A stretch of DNA of 64,000 nt from Spirochaetia bacterium (lineage in GTDB: Bacteria > Spirochaetota > Spirochaetia > SP-2023). Made by a program: the position numbers and the translations under genes. Below the pieces are notes generated by a model. That model searched no databases and had not been told where the DNA came from. It saw only the letters and a program-made list of their open reading frames with translations. Below are positions 49,001-58,344 of this stretch, piece after piece (position 1 is the first letter of the stretch; every line of letters begins with the position of its first letter). The stretch is taken from contig OZ253665.1 of assembly GCA_965263295.1 (NCBI GenBank), positions 1,088,001 to 1,152,000 of the forward strand, read 5' to 3'.

Positions 49001-49028
49001 ATTATAATAAAGGCATAGGAGATGTCAA
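49001..49028 (-). promoter_or_regulatory. sigma70-type promoter of the rseC-hydE unit
   Basis: TTGACA-N16-TATAAT, both hexamers at consensus. Confidence 0.7.
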
Positions 49029-49069
49029 ATGCAGAAAATGAGTGGATTGCCATGAATATAGGCCATTGA

Positions 49070-50296
49070 TCAATAAACCTGCACAGAAAAAGTTACAAAC
49101 GCATAGTTGTCATTATCTTCAAGAGAGCTTCTCATAATATCCTGTAATTTTGCCGCGTTGGCCTCGGCAGCACTCTCTTGTCCCTCCTGCTCTGTGCTCA
49201 GGTTCTCACTGGTCAAACCAGCATCTTTGCCGCTAGCAACTTCTACCCGGTCTGGCAGTTCAGGCAGACGGAAAATGCGCAAGGTCAACAATAGGTGTTT
49301 AGCATCTGGCGACAATGAAATAAATACTGGTTGTATATTGAGTTCACTCTCCTGAAGCAAATTGCGCTGCAGCAAAGTGTTCCAGTTCTGCTGAAAATTG
49401 TAGCGGTGCGGGAAACCCTGTGATTGCACCGCTATAATTTTTCCTCTCAACGAGTTGCTGCTATCCAAGCGCAGTTGACGCAATTGAAAAACCGTCGTAT
49501 TAGCATTGCGTGTGACGGTGTAAACGCGCTCCAAAATATTCGGGGAACGGCCTTGTTCTTGTAACTCTTCCTGCTGTTGCCGCTGGATCTGTGTCAGCTC
49601 CTCAATCGCCACATCAAAATCATGGACACCAAATGGCCTAAATTCTTGTCCAATATCCATTCTGCCCTTTGCCAGAGTCATTTCACCTAAAGTAATATTG
49701 TCGCGGTAAGTCCCTGAAATTTCTCCCTGCTCTATACTTGCAGACTGCGAGGGCCACAAGACCTGACCCTCCTGTGGAGATAACAATACCTCGCCTTGCT
49801 CCAACGCTTCAATCTGGAACTTGCGCAACTCTCGACTTTCACGACGGAGTAAATCCTGCATAATGAAGCGAGCCGGCAGCTCCGAGCGCAAGGCTAAATT
49901 GCGGCGCAAAATACGCTCAAGGACCACCTCATCCTGAACTCCGTTTAAATGCAGGACTTGCAAACGGGCGAAGAAATGACTCTCGCTTTGAGCCAGATCG
50001 TGCTCAACACCATAGCTAATACCAGCATAAAAGCGACCGTCAGCAGAAAACCCCACACTTTCCCATTGGTGGAAATTGAACCGAGAAGGCTCGTCGCCAA
50101 GTTGAGCTGGAGTATCCTGGGCCTTCAGATAAGGTGCCCCTAAACCGTTTAAGACCGAGACCATTAAAGCTAAAGCCAGCATCAGTAATGCATTGCGAGA
50201 AGGCAAAGGTATCGTCCGTCGATAGCAAAAGCACCTGCGCGACATTGACAATGAAGATAGTGGTTCGCAAAAGTTTGCTGACAAGGCAGGCCTCAT
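49070..50296 (-). CDS. DUF2259-like secreted protein
   Basis: Signal-like hydrophobic stretch, then GD...VGFSADGRFYAGISYG and LSPDAKHLLL. Confidence 0.55.
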   Translation of the reverse strand: MRPALSANFCEPLSSLSMSRRCFCYRRTIPLPSRNALLMLALALMVSVLNGLGAPYLKAQDTPAQLGDEPSRFNFHQWESVGFSADGRFYAGISYGVEHDLAQSESHFFARLQVLHLNGVQDEVVLERILRRNLALRSELPARFIMQDLLRRESRELRKFQIEALEQGEVLLSPQEGQVLWPSQSASIEQGEISGTYRDNITLGEMTLAKGRMDIGQEFRPFGVHDFDVAIEELTQIQRQQQEELQEQGRSPNILERVYTVTRNANTTVFQLRQLRLDSSNSLRGKIIAVQSQGFPHRYNFQQNWNTLLQRNLLQESELNIQPVFISLSPDAKHLLLTLRIFRLPELPDRVEVASGKDAGLTSENLSTEQEGQESAAEANAAKLQDIMRSSLEDNDNYAFVTFSVQVY

Positions 50297-50461
50297 TTTA
50301 GCTGATAATATAGTGATTCAAGATTCTAGTAATAGAATACCAGTGCACGAATTCTAGCAGTTTTACTTTACTTAAACCCACAATAAATGCAACAATAAAA
50401 TAATTAGCTCTGCGATTGTCGGATATTCTTACAAGTTTACGGCAAGCTGGCTAGAACTTTT

Positions 50462-50704
50462 TTAAAAAGGCATCTCCATGCCTATGGCATTTACTTCGGT
50501 GATTTCAGGCAAGCGACTCATCAGATAGCGCTCCACGCCCTGTTTCAAAGTCATCAAAGACATTGGGCAACCCTGGCAGGCCCCCTCCATACGTACGATC
50601 ACTTCGCCGTTTTCCTTCACTTCCACTAGCTGGATGTCGCCACCATCTCCTTGTAAAGCGGGACGAATCTCTTGAAGAACTTCGTTTACTTCATCAAAAA
50701 CCAT
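50462..50704 (-). CDS. NifU C-terminal/Nfu-type Fe-S carrier
   Basis: IRPALQGDGGDIQLV...GACQGCPMS...TLKQGVE; GGAGG RBS. Confidence 0.92.
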   Translation of the reverse strand: MVFDEVNEVLQEIRPALQGDGGDIQLVEVKENGEVIVRMEGACQGCPMSLMTLKQGVERYLMSRLPEITEVNAIGMEMPF

Positions 50705-50724
50705 ACAAATTTAATTCCTCCATT

Positions 50725-50779
50725 AAAAATAGAGGCTAGTAAGCGCAGGAAATTACCTTAGCTGCAGACTGCCTCCTAG
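50725..50779 (-). terminator. Terminator-like hairpin between the NqrF-like gene and the NifU-domain gene
   Basis: Minus strand TAGGAGGCAGTCTGCAG...CTGCGCTTACTAGCCTCTA, then TTTTT; bulged stem. Confidence 0.35.
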
Positions 50780-50848
50780 ATTTTTATATACGAAAACGAA
50801 TCAGCTGGCGAGGGACGAACATACCGAAAACGAGAGACTATTTTTTCT

Positions 50849-52012
50849 CTATGAGAAACGATCGTAGTATATACGATCTTCGGCAATACCTTCTTCCACC
50901 AAAATAGCCGAACAGCTATCAATCATCAAAGGACTACCACAGAGATAACCTTCACGATCACGCTTTTCGATTTTTTCTTGTAAATAATGACGCAAGACGT
51001 GGTCAATACGGTCATGCTCCAAAAGGCTCTTAGGACCAAGCGCAGCTTCATCCCACTCTGTCGGCTCCTGCAGCTCCTGGTCTGACAAGGCCAAGATAAA
51101 GTGAAACTTGGGCCATCTTTGTTCCAGTTCACGCATTTCCTTTAAGTAATAAATGTCGCGATAGTTACGACAGCCAAAGAAGTACCAGACTTCCTTGTCA
51201 AACATGGCCTTCTCTTCCATATCGCGCAGGATTGAACGGAAGGGAGCCATGCCGGAACCACCGGCAATACAGACCATTGTGGCATCGGTATCACGGCGAT
51301 AAAAATCGCCAAAAGGGCCAATTACATCAATCGGCATATGTTTTTTCATATGGTGGTGGATATAAGTGGTGGCGATGCCATTGGGGACATAGCGAATAAG
51401 GAATTCAGCACAATTCTTATCTGAAGGTGGAGAAGAAATCGAATAAGCACGCATGGTGGTACCTTTAAATGCCATTTCCCCCTTCTTGAGGGCCTTGTAG
51501 GCAGGAATTACCAACTGCATATACATGCCGGCCTTAAAGGTAGTTGGCTTGTCCAGATTCAGGTACAATTCCGCAATGTCGTAGGTCTGCAGCTCCAAGC
51601 TCTCCACTGTCGCCTTGTACTCCTGGACATTGAACAAATCTTCGGGAATCTCAATGTCAATATCCTTCTTAACCTTGATCTGACAAGCGAGGCGGACATT
51701 ATTGGCCTTCTCTTCTGCCTCCATATAAGGAGCCTCGGTCGGCAAAAGGGGACCGACATCAGACTTTACAACGGTCTTGCAGGCACCACAACTGCCCTTG
51801 CCCCCACAGGCCGAAGGAATGAAGATTTTTTCCTGCGCGAGACTGCGCAAGAGAGGGGCGCCACCCTTTACCGTCAAATCCTTTGTATGACTATTAATAT
51901 TGATTACAACATCCCCATAGTTATTGACAATTCCGTCGAGTATGGAGATCAGCAAACCCAAGATTGCGACCACGGCCCCTACCACTAGAGGGGCTATAAT
52001 AAAAGCTCCCAT
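50849..52012 (-). CDS. NqrF-like membrane-anchored [2Fe-2S]/FAD/NAD oxidoreductase
   Basis: N-terminal TM, SACGGKGSCGAC, RLACQ, RAYSISS, GGSGMAP, YLCGSP and C-terminal YYDRF. Confidence 0.88.
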   Translation of the reverse strand: MGAFIIAPLVVGAVVAILGLLISILDGIVNNYGDVVININSHTKDLTVKGGAPLLRSLAQEKIFIPSACGGKGSCGACKTVVKSDVGPLLPTEAPYMEAEEKANNVRLACQIKVKKDIDIEIPEDLFNVQEYKATVESLELQTYDIAELYLNLDKPTTFKAGMYMQLVIPAYKALKKGEMAFKGTTMRAYSISSPPSDKNCAEFLIRYVPNGIATTYIHHHMKKHMPIDVIGPFGDFYRRDTDATMVCIAGGSGMAPFRSILRDMEEKAMFDKEVWYFFGCRNYRDIYYLKEMRELEQRWPKFHFILALSDQELQEPTEWDEAALGPKSLLEHDRIDHVLRHYLQEKIEKRDREGYLCGSPLMIDSCSAILVEEGIAEDRIYYDRFS

Positions 52013-52049
52013 AAAAAACCTTCCTTTTTATCCTTTGTGATTTACGAAC

Positions 52050-52955
52050 TCACTGATTTAGTTGTAACACAATATTTGCGATAATTTTGTCCACTTCATT
52101 CGGAGCGACTTGGCAAGTGCCGACATTTTTGTGCCCACCGCCCCCATATTCACGCAGCAAAGCCCCAATATCAACTTTATTTGAGCGGTCCAGTACGCTC
52201 TTACCAATACTAAGGAAAACATTCTCCCTGTTCTTGCCCCAACCGATCTGCACGCTGACACTGCATTCGGGATACAAACCGTAAATCAAGAATCGATTGC
52301 CAACCATCACCTGACTGATATTTCGAGTTTCAAATATTATAACTTTGCCCTCTTTGCGGCTGTTTTCCTGAATGATACTGATACAATCCGCAACATGCTC
52401 ATAATAAAAAGCCAGACGGGCATAGACATCCGGATCCTCAAAGATGCCATCCAGGCTCTTTTCACGAATCAAGCCCACCATTTTTTGCATCAGGGCATAG
52501 TTGCTAATTTCAAAATGACGATAACGCCCCAAGCCGGTGCGAGGGTCCATGATGAAGCCCAATATGATCCAGCCGCTGGGATTTAGAATCTCTTCTTTGC
52601 TCAGATTGGCTGAGTCGACTTTGTCGACATCGCGCATCAAATCGTCGAATTTACGGCCAAATCTGGCTTCCCCCCCGTAATAATCCCAGACCACACGAGC
52701 AGCACTGGGAGCGGGGTAGGCCGCACCTTCAAATTTCTCTGGTGCATAGGCGATATTTGAAGCATGGTGATCAAACCACAAGCCACAACCCTCGACGTAA
52801 GGAACATTAGCTAGCACATCATCCGCACCGACAGGAATCTTACCATCCTGGAGATCTTTAGGGTGACAATACAAATGGGAAGCGACAATTCCGGCTTCCT
52901 CTAGTAAAACACCACATACAAGCCCATCAAAATCAGAACGGGTAACTAGTCTCAT
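52050..52955 (-). CDS. DHH/DHHA1 phosphoesterase (nanoRNase/exopolyphosphatase-related)
   Basis: MRLVTRSDFDG, FDHH and GGGHKNVG; start set at ATG 52955 after AAAGGAG. Confidence 0.88.
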   Translation of the reverse strand: MRLVTRSDFDGLVCGVLLEEAGIVASHLYCHPKDLQDGKIPVGADDVLANVPYVEGCGLWFDHHASNIAYAPEKFEGAAYPAPSAARVVWDYYGGEARFGRKFDDLMRDVDKVDSANLSKEEILNPSGWIILGFIMDPRTGLGRYRHFEISNYALMQKMVGLIREKSLDGIFEDPDVYARLAFYYEHVADCISIIQENSRKEGKVIIFETRNISQVMVGNRFLIYGLYPECSVSVQIGWGKNRENVFLSIGKSVLDRSNKVDIGALLREYGGGGHKNVGTCQVAPNEVDKIIANIVLQLNQ

Positions 52956-53157
52956 CTGCTCAGCTCCTTTGCAAGACAAATGCACAATCTATTTTTTGTA
53001 CGGCAAAAGCACAAAATTAAAATTTCACATCCGACCTTTAACTTAATATCTATATTTTTTAGCATCTCATTATGCACGTTACGAAGTATAAAAGCAAGAG
53101 GAATTTGTTCTGCCGCAACTATCCAGACCAATTAATTATCAACATTTCCTGAAACGG

Positions 53158-55041
53158 CTATTTCCAGGCAGAACCTAAGTAATATTCGTAGACTTTATGT
53201 TGAGTCAATGTCGTCACCCAGTCTCGGTAGAAGCGCCCATAATCCTGTTCAAGCTGACTCTTGACAACTCGAAAGTCTTGTTGTCCTACTTTATTTGGAG
53301 ATAAGAATTCATATGAAAGTAAAGGCAAACTCTCTCGGTACATGGCCTCAAACTGGCGCGGAAATACGACATTGGCCTGCATAATTGAGTCGCTAAGATA
53401 ACGCAACTGAATTCTCCCACTGAGACGAGATTGCGCATACAACTGTTGTAGTCTCGGCCCCGTCGATCCCATTGGCGCCATTGGCAATTCGCCGGCTGCC
53501 GGTGGCGAATACGCCTGCGCCAGCCACCAGCCCCACTCGCCAAAGCTGGGCACCAGGTCGTGATATGGCAGGGCCTCCAACCCTGCGGCCATCATTGTCC
53601 GGCCAATGGCCCAAAAGGCTTTGTAAGCATAAACTGGCGATGTGGATTGCTGGACAAAGACTCCCCCCGCCGAGAGTTTGCGCAACACACTGTGGTAAAA
53701 AGACAGCGAATACAGCTTGCTTAGGGCCTCGCTGTTGGGGTCGGGAAAGTCAGCGATTATAATATCGAACAGTCCGTAAGCCTCGTTGATATAACGAGCG
53801 GCATCCATATCTTTTATCAGCACGCCAGTCTCAAGCAGCGTCTCTCCGAGCGGCTTGCCCGCATTGGAAATATTTTGAGGGAAGCTAGCTCCAGAGCCGG
53901 CCAGATAAGGGACAGAATCCCGCTGCCAAACTTCAGTGCCCACAGCAGCTCGGTCGGCGGCCAAGCCCTGCACGCCCCTAGCATTCAGCGCATCGCGGTT
54001 TAAGCGCCGCATAATGGGATTCTGCGCGGCAAGGGCCAACATTTCTGGGTCGAGATCACAAAGTATGGCCTCAGCAACGGCGGCATATTTACGTACTTCA
54101 CGCAACGCCAGGCCATCGCCGCCACCCAGTATCAGGACACGCCGCGGATCGCGCCCGTTGTGCCGGCGGAATACCGCAAACGCCGGATGCACCAGGTTCT
54201 CATGATAAATGTATTCGTCCAAACTACTGAACTGCAAGTGCCCATTAATGTAGAGGCGATATTCGCGCTCACGGCGCCCAAGATTCTCGCGCTCACGCGC
54301 ACTCTGCGTCAACACCAAATGCTGGTACGCGGTCGTCTTACTCAAAATAATTTGATCGCGGTAAAGCCCCTGCTCACTGCGCAGCGACCACTGAGGGCCT
54401 TGTATAAAAGCCCATGACATCGACAGCGTGACGACAGCGCCAGACAGCAGCAATACTTTGCGCCAGCGCAGCTGGCGATAGAAGTGAAGCATAAATAGCC
54501 AGCAGGCCCCCAGGTTGGAAAAGCCCAGAACGGCGGCGGCGCGGCTTAGGGGCAAGTATGGAATCAGCCAGTAACTCCAGAGCACGGCACCGCCCAAGGC
54601 ACCGACGTAATCCAGTTGCAGGATGCGCCCTATATTTACCTTCAGCTCTGGGGTAAAATTGCCGTTAATACGGGCGATAACCGGAATTTCCAGACCGATC
54701 AAAAAGCCAATGGCAGCAATCAGCAGGTACTGCCACAGAACATAATAACTCTGCCAGTATGCATAGGCCCAAAGGAGCAGGAGGGGGGCTCCCCCCCCCA
54801 ACAGGGATAACAGCAGCTCCGACACAGCAAAATAGGTAAATAGCATTTTCTGGGCCAGTTTCTTCTGATAATTGGCTCCCAGCCCCATAAAGAACATCAT
54901 GACGCCGATGATCATGGCCCACTGGCGAGTGCTATTGCCCAACAAGTCAGAGGCAACTTTGCTGACGGTATATTCGTAAGCCAGGCCACAACTACCCGTT
55001 AGCAGCACGGCCAAATACAAAACCCAGGCATTGCGACGCAT
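53158..55041 (-). CDS. speE: Membrane-fused polyamine aminopropyltransferase (spermidine synthase family)
   Basis: About 7 N-terminal TMs (GLEIP, DYVGAL), then LQFSSLDEYIYHENLVH, LILGGGDGLALRE, DFPDP and VPSFGEWG. Confidence 0.88.
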   Translation of the reverse strand: MRRNAWVLYLAVLLTGSCGLAYEYTVSKVASDLLGNSTRQWAMIIGVMMFFMGLGANYQKKLAQKMLFTYFAVSELLLSLLGGGAPLLLLWAYAYWQSYYVLWQYLLIAAIGFLIGLEIPVIARINGNFTPELKVNIGRILQLDYVGALGGAVLWSYWLIPYLPLSRAAAVLGFSNLGACWLFMLHFYRQLRWRKVLLLSGAVVTLSMSWAFIQGPQWSLRSEQGLYRDQIILSKTTAYQHLVLTQSARERENLGRREREYRLYINGHLQFSSLDEYIYHENLVHPAFAVFRRHNGRDPRRVLILGGGDGLALREVRKYAAVAEAILCDLDPEMLALAAQNPIMRRLNRDALNARGVQGLAADRAAVGTEVWQRDSVPYLAGSGASFPQNISNAGKPLGETLLETGVLIKDMDAARYINEAYGLFDIIIADFPDPNSEALSKLYSLSFYHSVLRKLSAGGVFVQQSTSPVYAYKAFWAIGRTMMAAGLEALPYHDLVPSFGEWGWWLAQAYSPPAAGELPMAPMGSTGPRLQQLYAQSRLSGRIQLRYLSDSIMQANVVFPRQFEAMYRESLPLLSYEFLSPNKVGQQDFRVVKSQLEQDYGRFYRDWVTTLTQHKVYEYYLGSAWK

Positions 55042-55049
55042 AGCTAATC

Positions 55050-55077
55050 ATGCTAAACAAAGCGAGCTGGCTGTCAA
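55050..55077 (-). promoter_or_regulatory. sigma70-type promoter directly upstream of the speE ATG
   Basis: TTGACA-N16-TAGCAT, 8 nt before the ATG. Confidence 0.55.
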
Positions 55078-55089
55078 GAACTCCCAATT

Positions 55090-55103
55090 GTCACAGCTGT
55101 GAC
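55090..55103. promoter_or_regulatory. Perfect 14-bp palindrome, candidate operator
   Basis: GTCACAGCTGTGAC, 12 bp upstream of the speE -35 box. Confidence 0.4.
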
Positions 55104-55142
55104 TACCATAAACTTCTCAAGGAATCAAAGGAGCTGAGCAAG

Positions 55143-55285
55143 CCCTGAGCGCGACTAAACAACCCAAACACGGGTAAGACCGAAAACCTTGAACCGGCTT
55201 TAAAAAGAAACTCATGTAAACACCTCTGTCATTTCCCTCTGCCGGTTCCTATGCCGGGTTGTTCAGCACGGCGCAAAGATCGGGA
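55143..55285. ncRNA. Candidate structured ncRNA (6S-like rod)
   Basis: Nested helices CCTGA/TCGGG, GCGC/GCGC, CTAAACAACCC/GGGTTGTTCAG and GAACCGGC/GCCGGTTC around an asymmetric bubble. Confidence 0.3.
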
Positions 55286-55290
55286 AAAGA

Positions 55291-55319
55291 TTGACTTTTC
55301 AATCCCGCGCAATTAAATT
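55291..55319 (+). promoter_or_regulatory. sigma70-type promoter of secA
   Basis: TTGACT-N17-TAAATT. Confidence 0.55.
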
Positions 55320-55369
55320 TGTCGAAGTATTTTACCGCGATTCAGACGCGAGCAGCACTTGAGGAATTT

Positions 55370-58246
55370 ATGATTAACAAAATTCTGGCCGCATTATTTG
55401 GCAGCAAACAGGAACGCGACCTGAAAAAACTGGCGCCCCTGCTATTGCAAATAAACGAGCGAGAACCCTGGGCCATGCGGCTAAACCACGAACAGATGCG
55501 CGAACAAAGTCAAGTCTTGCGTCAGCGACTCGCCGCCGCCAAACAGCGGGATGACTCTGCGAAAGCAGAGCCGGCTTTAGATCCCAGTACCAACAGAGCC
55601 GGTCCCAATCTGAGTGGCGAGCTGGATGCCATTTTACCCGAAGCCTTCGCAGTCGCCCGCGAGGCGGCGCGGCGCGTCCTCGGAGAACGGCCATACGACG
55701 TGCAGCTGCTCGGCGGCCTGGTCTTGCATCAGGGCAAGATTATGGAAATGAAGACTGGCGAGGGCAAAACGCTATCGCTGGTCGCACCCGCCTACCTCAA
55801 TGCCCTCGCGGGACAGGGCGTGCACATTGTAACTGTCAACGACTACCTGGCTGAACGTGACGCCCAATGGATGGGCCCCATCTTTGGCTACCTTGGCTTG
55901 AGCGTTGGAGCCGTACTCTCACACATGGATATTGAGCAACGCAAGGCGGCGTATAGATGTGACTTGACCTACGGCACCAACAACGAGTTTGGCTTTGACT
56001 TCCTGCGCGACAACATGATAGGCCGCCTCACAGACAAAGTACAACGTCCCTTCGCCTATTGTATCATCGACGAAATCGATTCCGTGCTGATTGATGAAGC
56101 CAGGACACCGTTAATTATTTCCGGTTCAGTGGAAGACGATACCCAGAAAATTGTCATGGCCGACCGCTTACAAGGTTACCTCAAGGAGGTAAAAAAAGAT
56201 TCTGCCACAGGCGAGTATCCACGCGACAATCCCTTTGAAAAAGTAGTACTCGAAGGCGACTACAAACTGGATGAGAAAAACAAGCGCATAACTTTCACCG
56301 AAGATGGCATTACTCACATTGAAGAGCTATTAAAGCGGAATAAAGCGATGCAGGGCTCAATTTACGACGAGGACAACTTTGAATATGTGCACTACTTTAA
56401 CCAGGCCATGCGCGCACATAAATTGTTCCTGCACGACGTTGACTATGTCGTCCAGGATGCTAGGGTACAAATTGTCGATGAATTCACCGGCCGTATTCTC
56501 GACGGGCGGCGCTACTCCGACGGTCTGCATCAGGCGATTGAAGCCAAAGAAAATATTAAAATCGCCCAGCGCAATCGCACCCTGGCAACAATTACCTATC
56601 AAAAATATTTTGCCATGTATGGCAAACTCAGCGGCATGACCGGCACGGCTGTCACTGAAGCCCGCGAATTCGACAAGATCTACGGCCTCGACGTCGTGGT
56701 GCTGCCGATGCATCGCCCGCTGGCCCGTGTCGATGCCAACGATTTGATCTACCTGAACGCCGAGGCCAAGCACAAGGCCATTGCCGCAGAAGTTAAGGCC
56801 GTGAATCAGAGCCGCCAGCCGGTCCTGATCGGCACAGTCTCCGTAGAAAGCTCAGAGCACCTGTCCAAGGTCTTGACCCAAAACCAAGTGCGGCATGAAG
56901 TCTTAAACGCTAAAAATCATCACCGCGAAGCCTTGATCATTTCCGAGGCGGGGGCACTCGGCGCGGTGACTATTGCGACCAACATGGCGGGGCGCGGTAC
57001 CGATATCAAGCTCGGCGGCAGCCCCGACATGCGCGCGCGCCGCCGCATGCGCACAGACGCCGACGAAGCTGAATATTTCCGCCTCTTGGCCGAAGAAAAT
57101 GCGAAGTGGCAAACAGAGCACCAGAAAGTTAAAGAACTGGGCGGGCTTTACGTCTTGGGGACCGAACGCCACGAAAGTCGCCGCATTGACAACCAGTTGC
57201 GCGGTCGTTCTGGGCGCCAGGGCGACCCCGGTTTCTCGCGCTTCTACGTCTCGCTCGACGACGATCTGATGCGCCTTTTTGGCGGAGACCGCCTCAAAGC
57301 CATGATGAGCCGTTTCGGCATGAGCGGAGACGAGCCGCTAGAGCACGGCATGGTGACTCGCGCTATCGAACGCTCGCAGACCCGCGTAGAAAACCGCAAC
57401 TACGAAATCCGCAAACATCTGATCGAGTACGATGATGTCATGCAGAAGCAGCGCGGCTATGTCTACCGCATGCGCAATGAGCTACTCAAAGACAAGCAGA
57501 TTATTGTGCGCGTGCGTGAAACCGCGCAGCAAATGTGCAACGTTTTACTGGACGACTTTGTCAACGATTGCAATCACCACGACTGGGACTTTGGTCTGGA
57601 GCGATTAAGCGAGCGCCTGCGCAGCAATTTTGGTTTACTACTCGCCGACCACCAGCAGACAGAAGTGGCTCGTATATTCCAGCAAAAAATTGCCGAGGAG
57701 GCTCGCAGTGTCATTGCGACCCTAGTGCAGGATTACTGCGAACAAGACTACCAGGATAAGTGCGCGATTGCCGGCACAGAACTCGTCAATGAGATTTTAC
57801 GCTTTGAATATCTGCGGGCCATCGACCTGCGCTGGCAGGAGCACCTGGAGCAAATGGAAGCTCTGCGCGAAGCCGTGAACTTGCGCGCCATGGCCCAGAA
57901 AAACCCCCTTGTCGAGTATAAAAATGAGGGCTTCACCCTGTTTGAGGAATTGGTGGAGAATCTGCAGATTGGCGTAGCACGCAAATTTTACAACATTCGT
58001 ATCGCCGTCGATGGGGACTCTGCGCCCCCGCGCCCAAACGCGACACTGCACGCCGACGCGGGCAAGCACCAGAAGCTTGAATCTTTTGACGCTATGCGCA
58101 GGCGGAAGCCTGTTCCTTCCTCTGGAGCGATGCCAGGTGCAGACAAGATACAGATTCGCCGCCAGGAACCTAAAATCGGGCGCAACGATCCCTGCTACTG
58201 TGGCAGCGGCAAGAAGTATAAACATTGCCATGGCGCTCGTAAATAA
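55370..58246 (+). CDS. secA: Preprotein translocase subunit SecA
   Basis: EMKTGEGKT, DEIDSVLIDEARTPLIISG, ATNMAGRGTDI, NQLRGRSGRQGDPG and the SEC-C motif GRNDPCYCGSGKKYKHCH; ATG 55370 follows GAGG. Confidence 0.98.
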   Translation: MINKILAALFGSKQERDLKKLAPLLLQINEREPWAMRLNHEQMREQSQVLRQRLAAAKQRDDSAKAEPALDPSTNRAGPNLSGELDAILPEAFAVAREAARRVLGERPYDVQLLGGLVLHQGKIMEMKTGEGKTLSLVAPAYLNALAGQGVHIVTVNDYLAERDAQWMGPIFGYLGLSVGAVLSHMDIEQRKAAYRCDLTYGTNNEFGFDFLRDNMIGRLTDKVQRPFAYCIIDEIDSVLIDEARTPLIISGSVEDDTQKIVMADRLQGYLKEVKKDSATGEYPRDNPFEKVVLEGDYKLDEKNKRITFTEDGITHIEELLKRNKAMQGSIYDEDNFEYVHYFNQAMRAHKLFLHDVDYVVQDARVQIVDEFTGRILDGRRYSDGLHQAIEAKENIKIAQRNRTLATITYQKYFAMYGKLSGMTGTAVTEAREFDKIYGLDVVVLPMHRPLARVDANDLIYLNAEAKHKAIAAEVKAVNQSRQPVLIGTVSVESSEHLSKVLTQNQVRHEVLNAKNHHREALIISEAGALGAVTIATNMAGRGTDIKLGGSPDMRARRRMRTDADEAEYFRLLAEENAKWQTEHQKVKELGGLYVLGTERHESRRIDNQLRGRSGRQGDPGFSRFYVSLDDDLMRLFGGDRLKAMMSRFGMSGDEPLEHGMVTRAIERSQTRVENRNYEIRKHLIEYDDVMQKQRGYVYRMRNELLKDKQIIVRVRETAQQMCNVLLDDFVNDCNHHDWDFGLERLSERLRSNFGLLLADHQQTEVARIFQQKIAEEARSVIATLVQDYCEQDYQDKCAIAGTELVNEILRFEYLRAIDLRWQEHLEQMEALREAVNLRAMAQKNPLVEYKNEGFTLFEELVENLQIGVARKFYNIRIAVDGDSAPPRPNATLHADAGKHQKLESFDAMRRRKPVPSSGAMPGADKIQIRRQEPKIGRNDPCYCGSGKKYKHCHGARK

Positions 58247-58264
58247 AGCCCCAAAATCAATAAA

Positions 58265-58292
58265 ACCAGCTGCAGGCTAGAAACCAGCTGGT
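58265..58292. terminator. Hairpin between convergent secA and djlA
   Basis: ACCAGCTG/CAGCTGGT inverted repeat; the A run on its left gives a U-tract on the minus strand. Confidence 0.4.
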
Positions 58293-58344
58293 CCCCGGAG
58301 GTACACGGGAGGGGCCACGGGGCCGAACTCAAAAGCCCAGGGCG

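Noticed and set aside
55225..55260. SAM-I riboswitch upstream of speE (GGCAGAGGGA on the minus strand)
   Set aside because: Only this decamer matches. The AUC-x-AGA, GGCCC, GCAACC and closing GAU elements are missing, and the speE promoter lies downstream of it.
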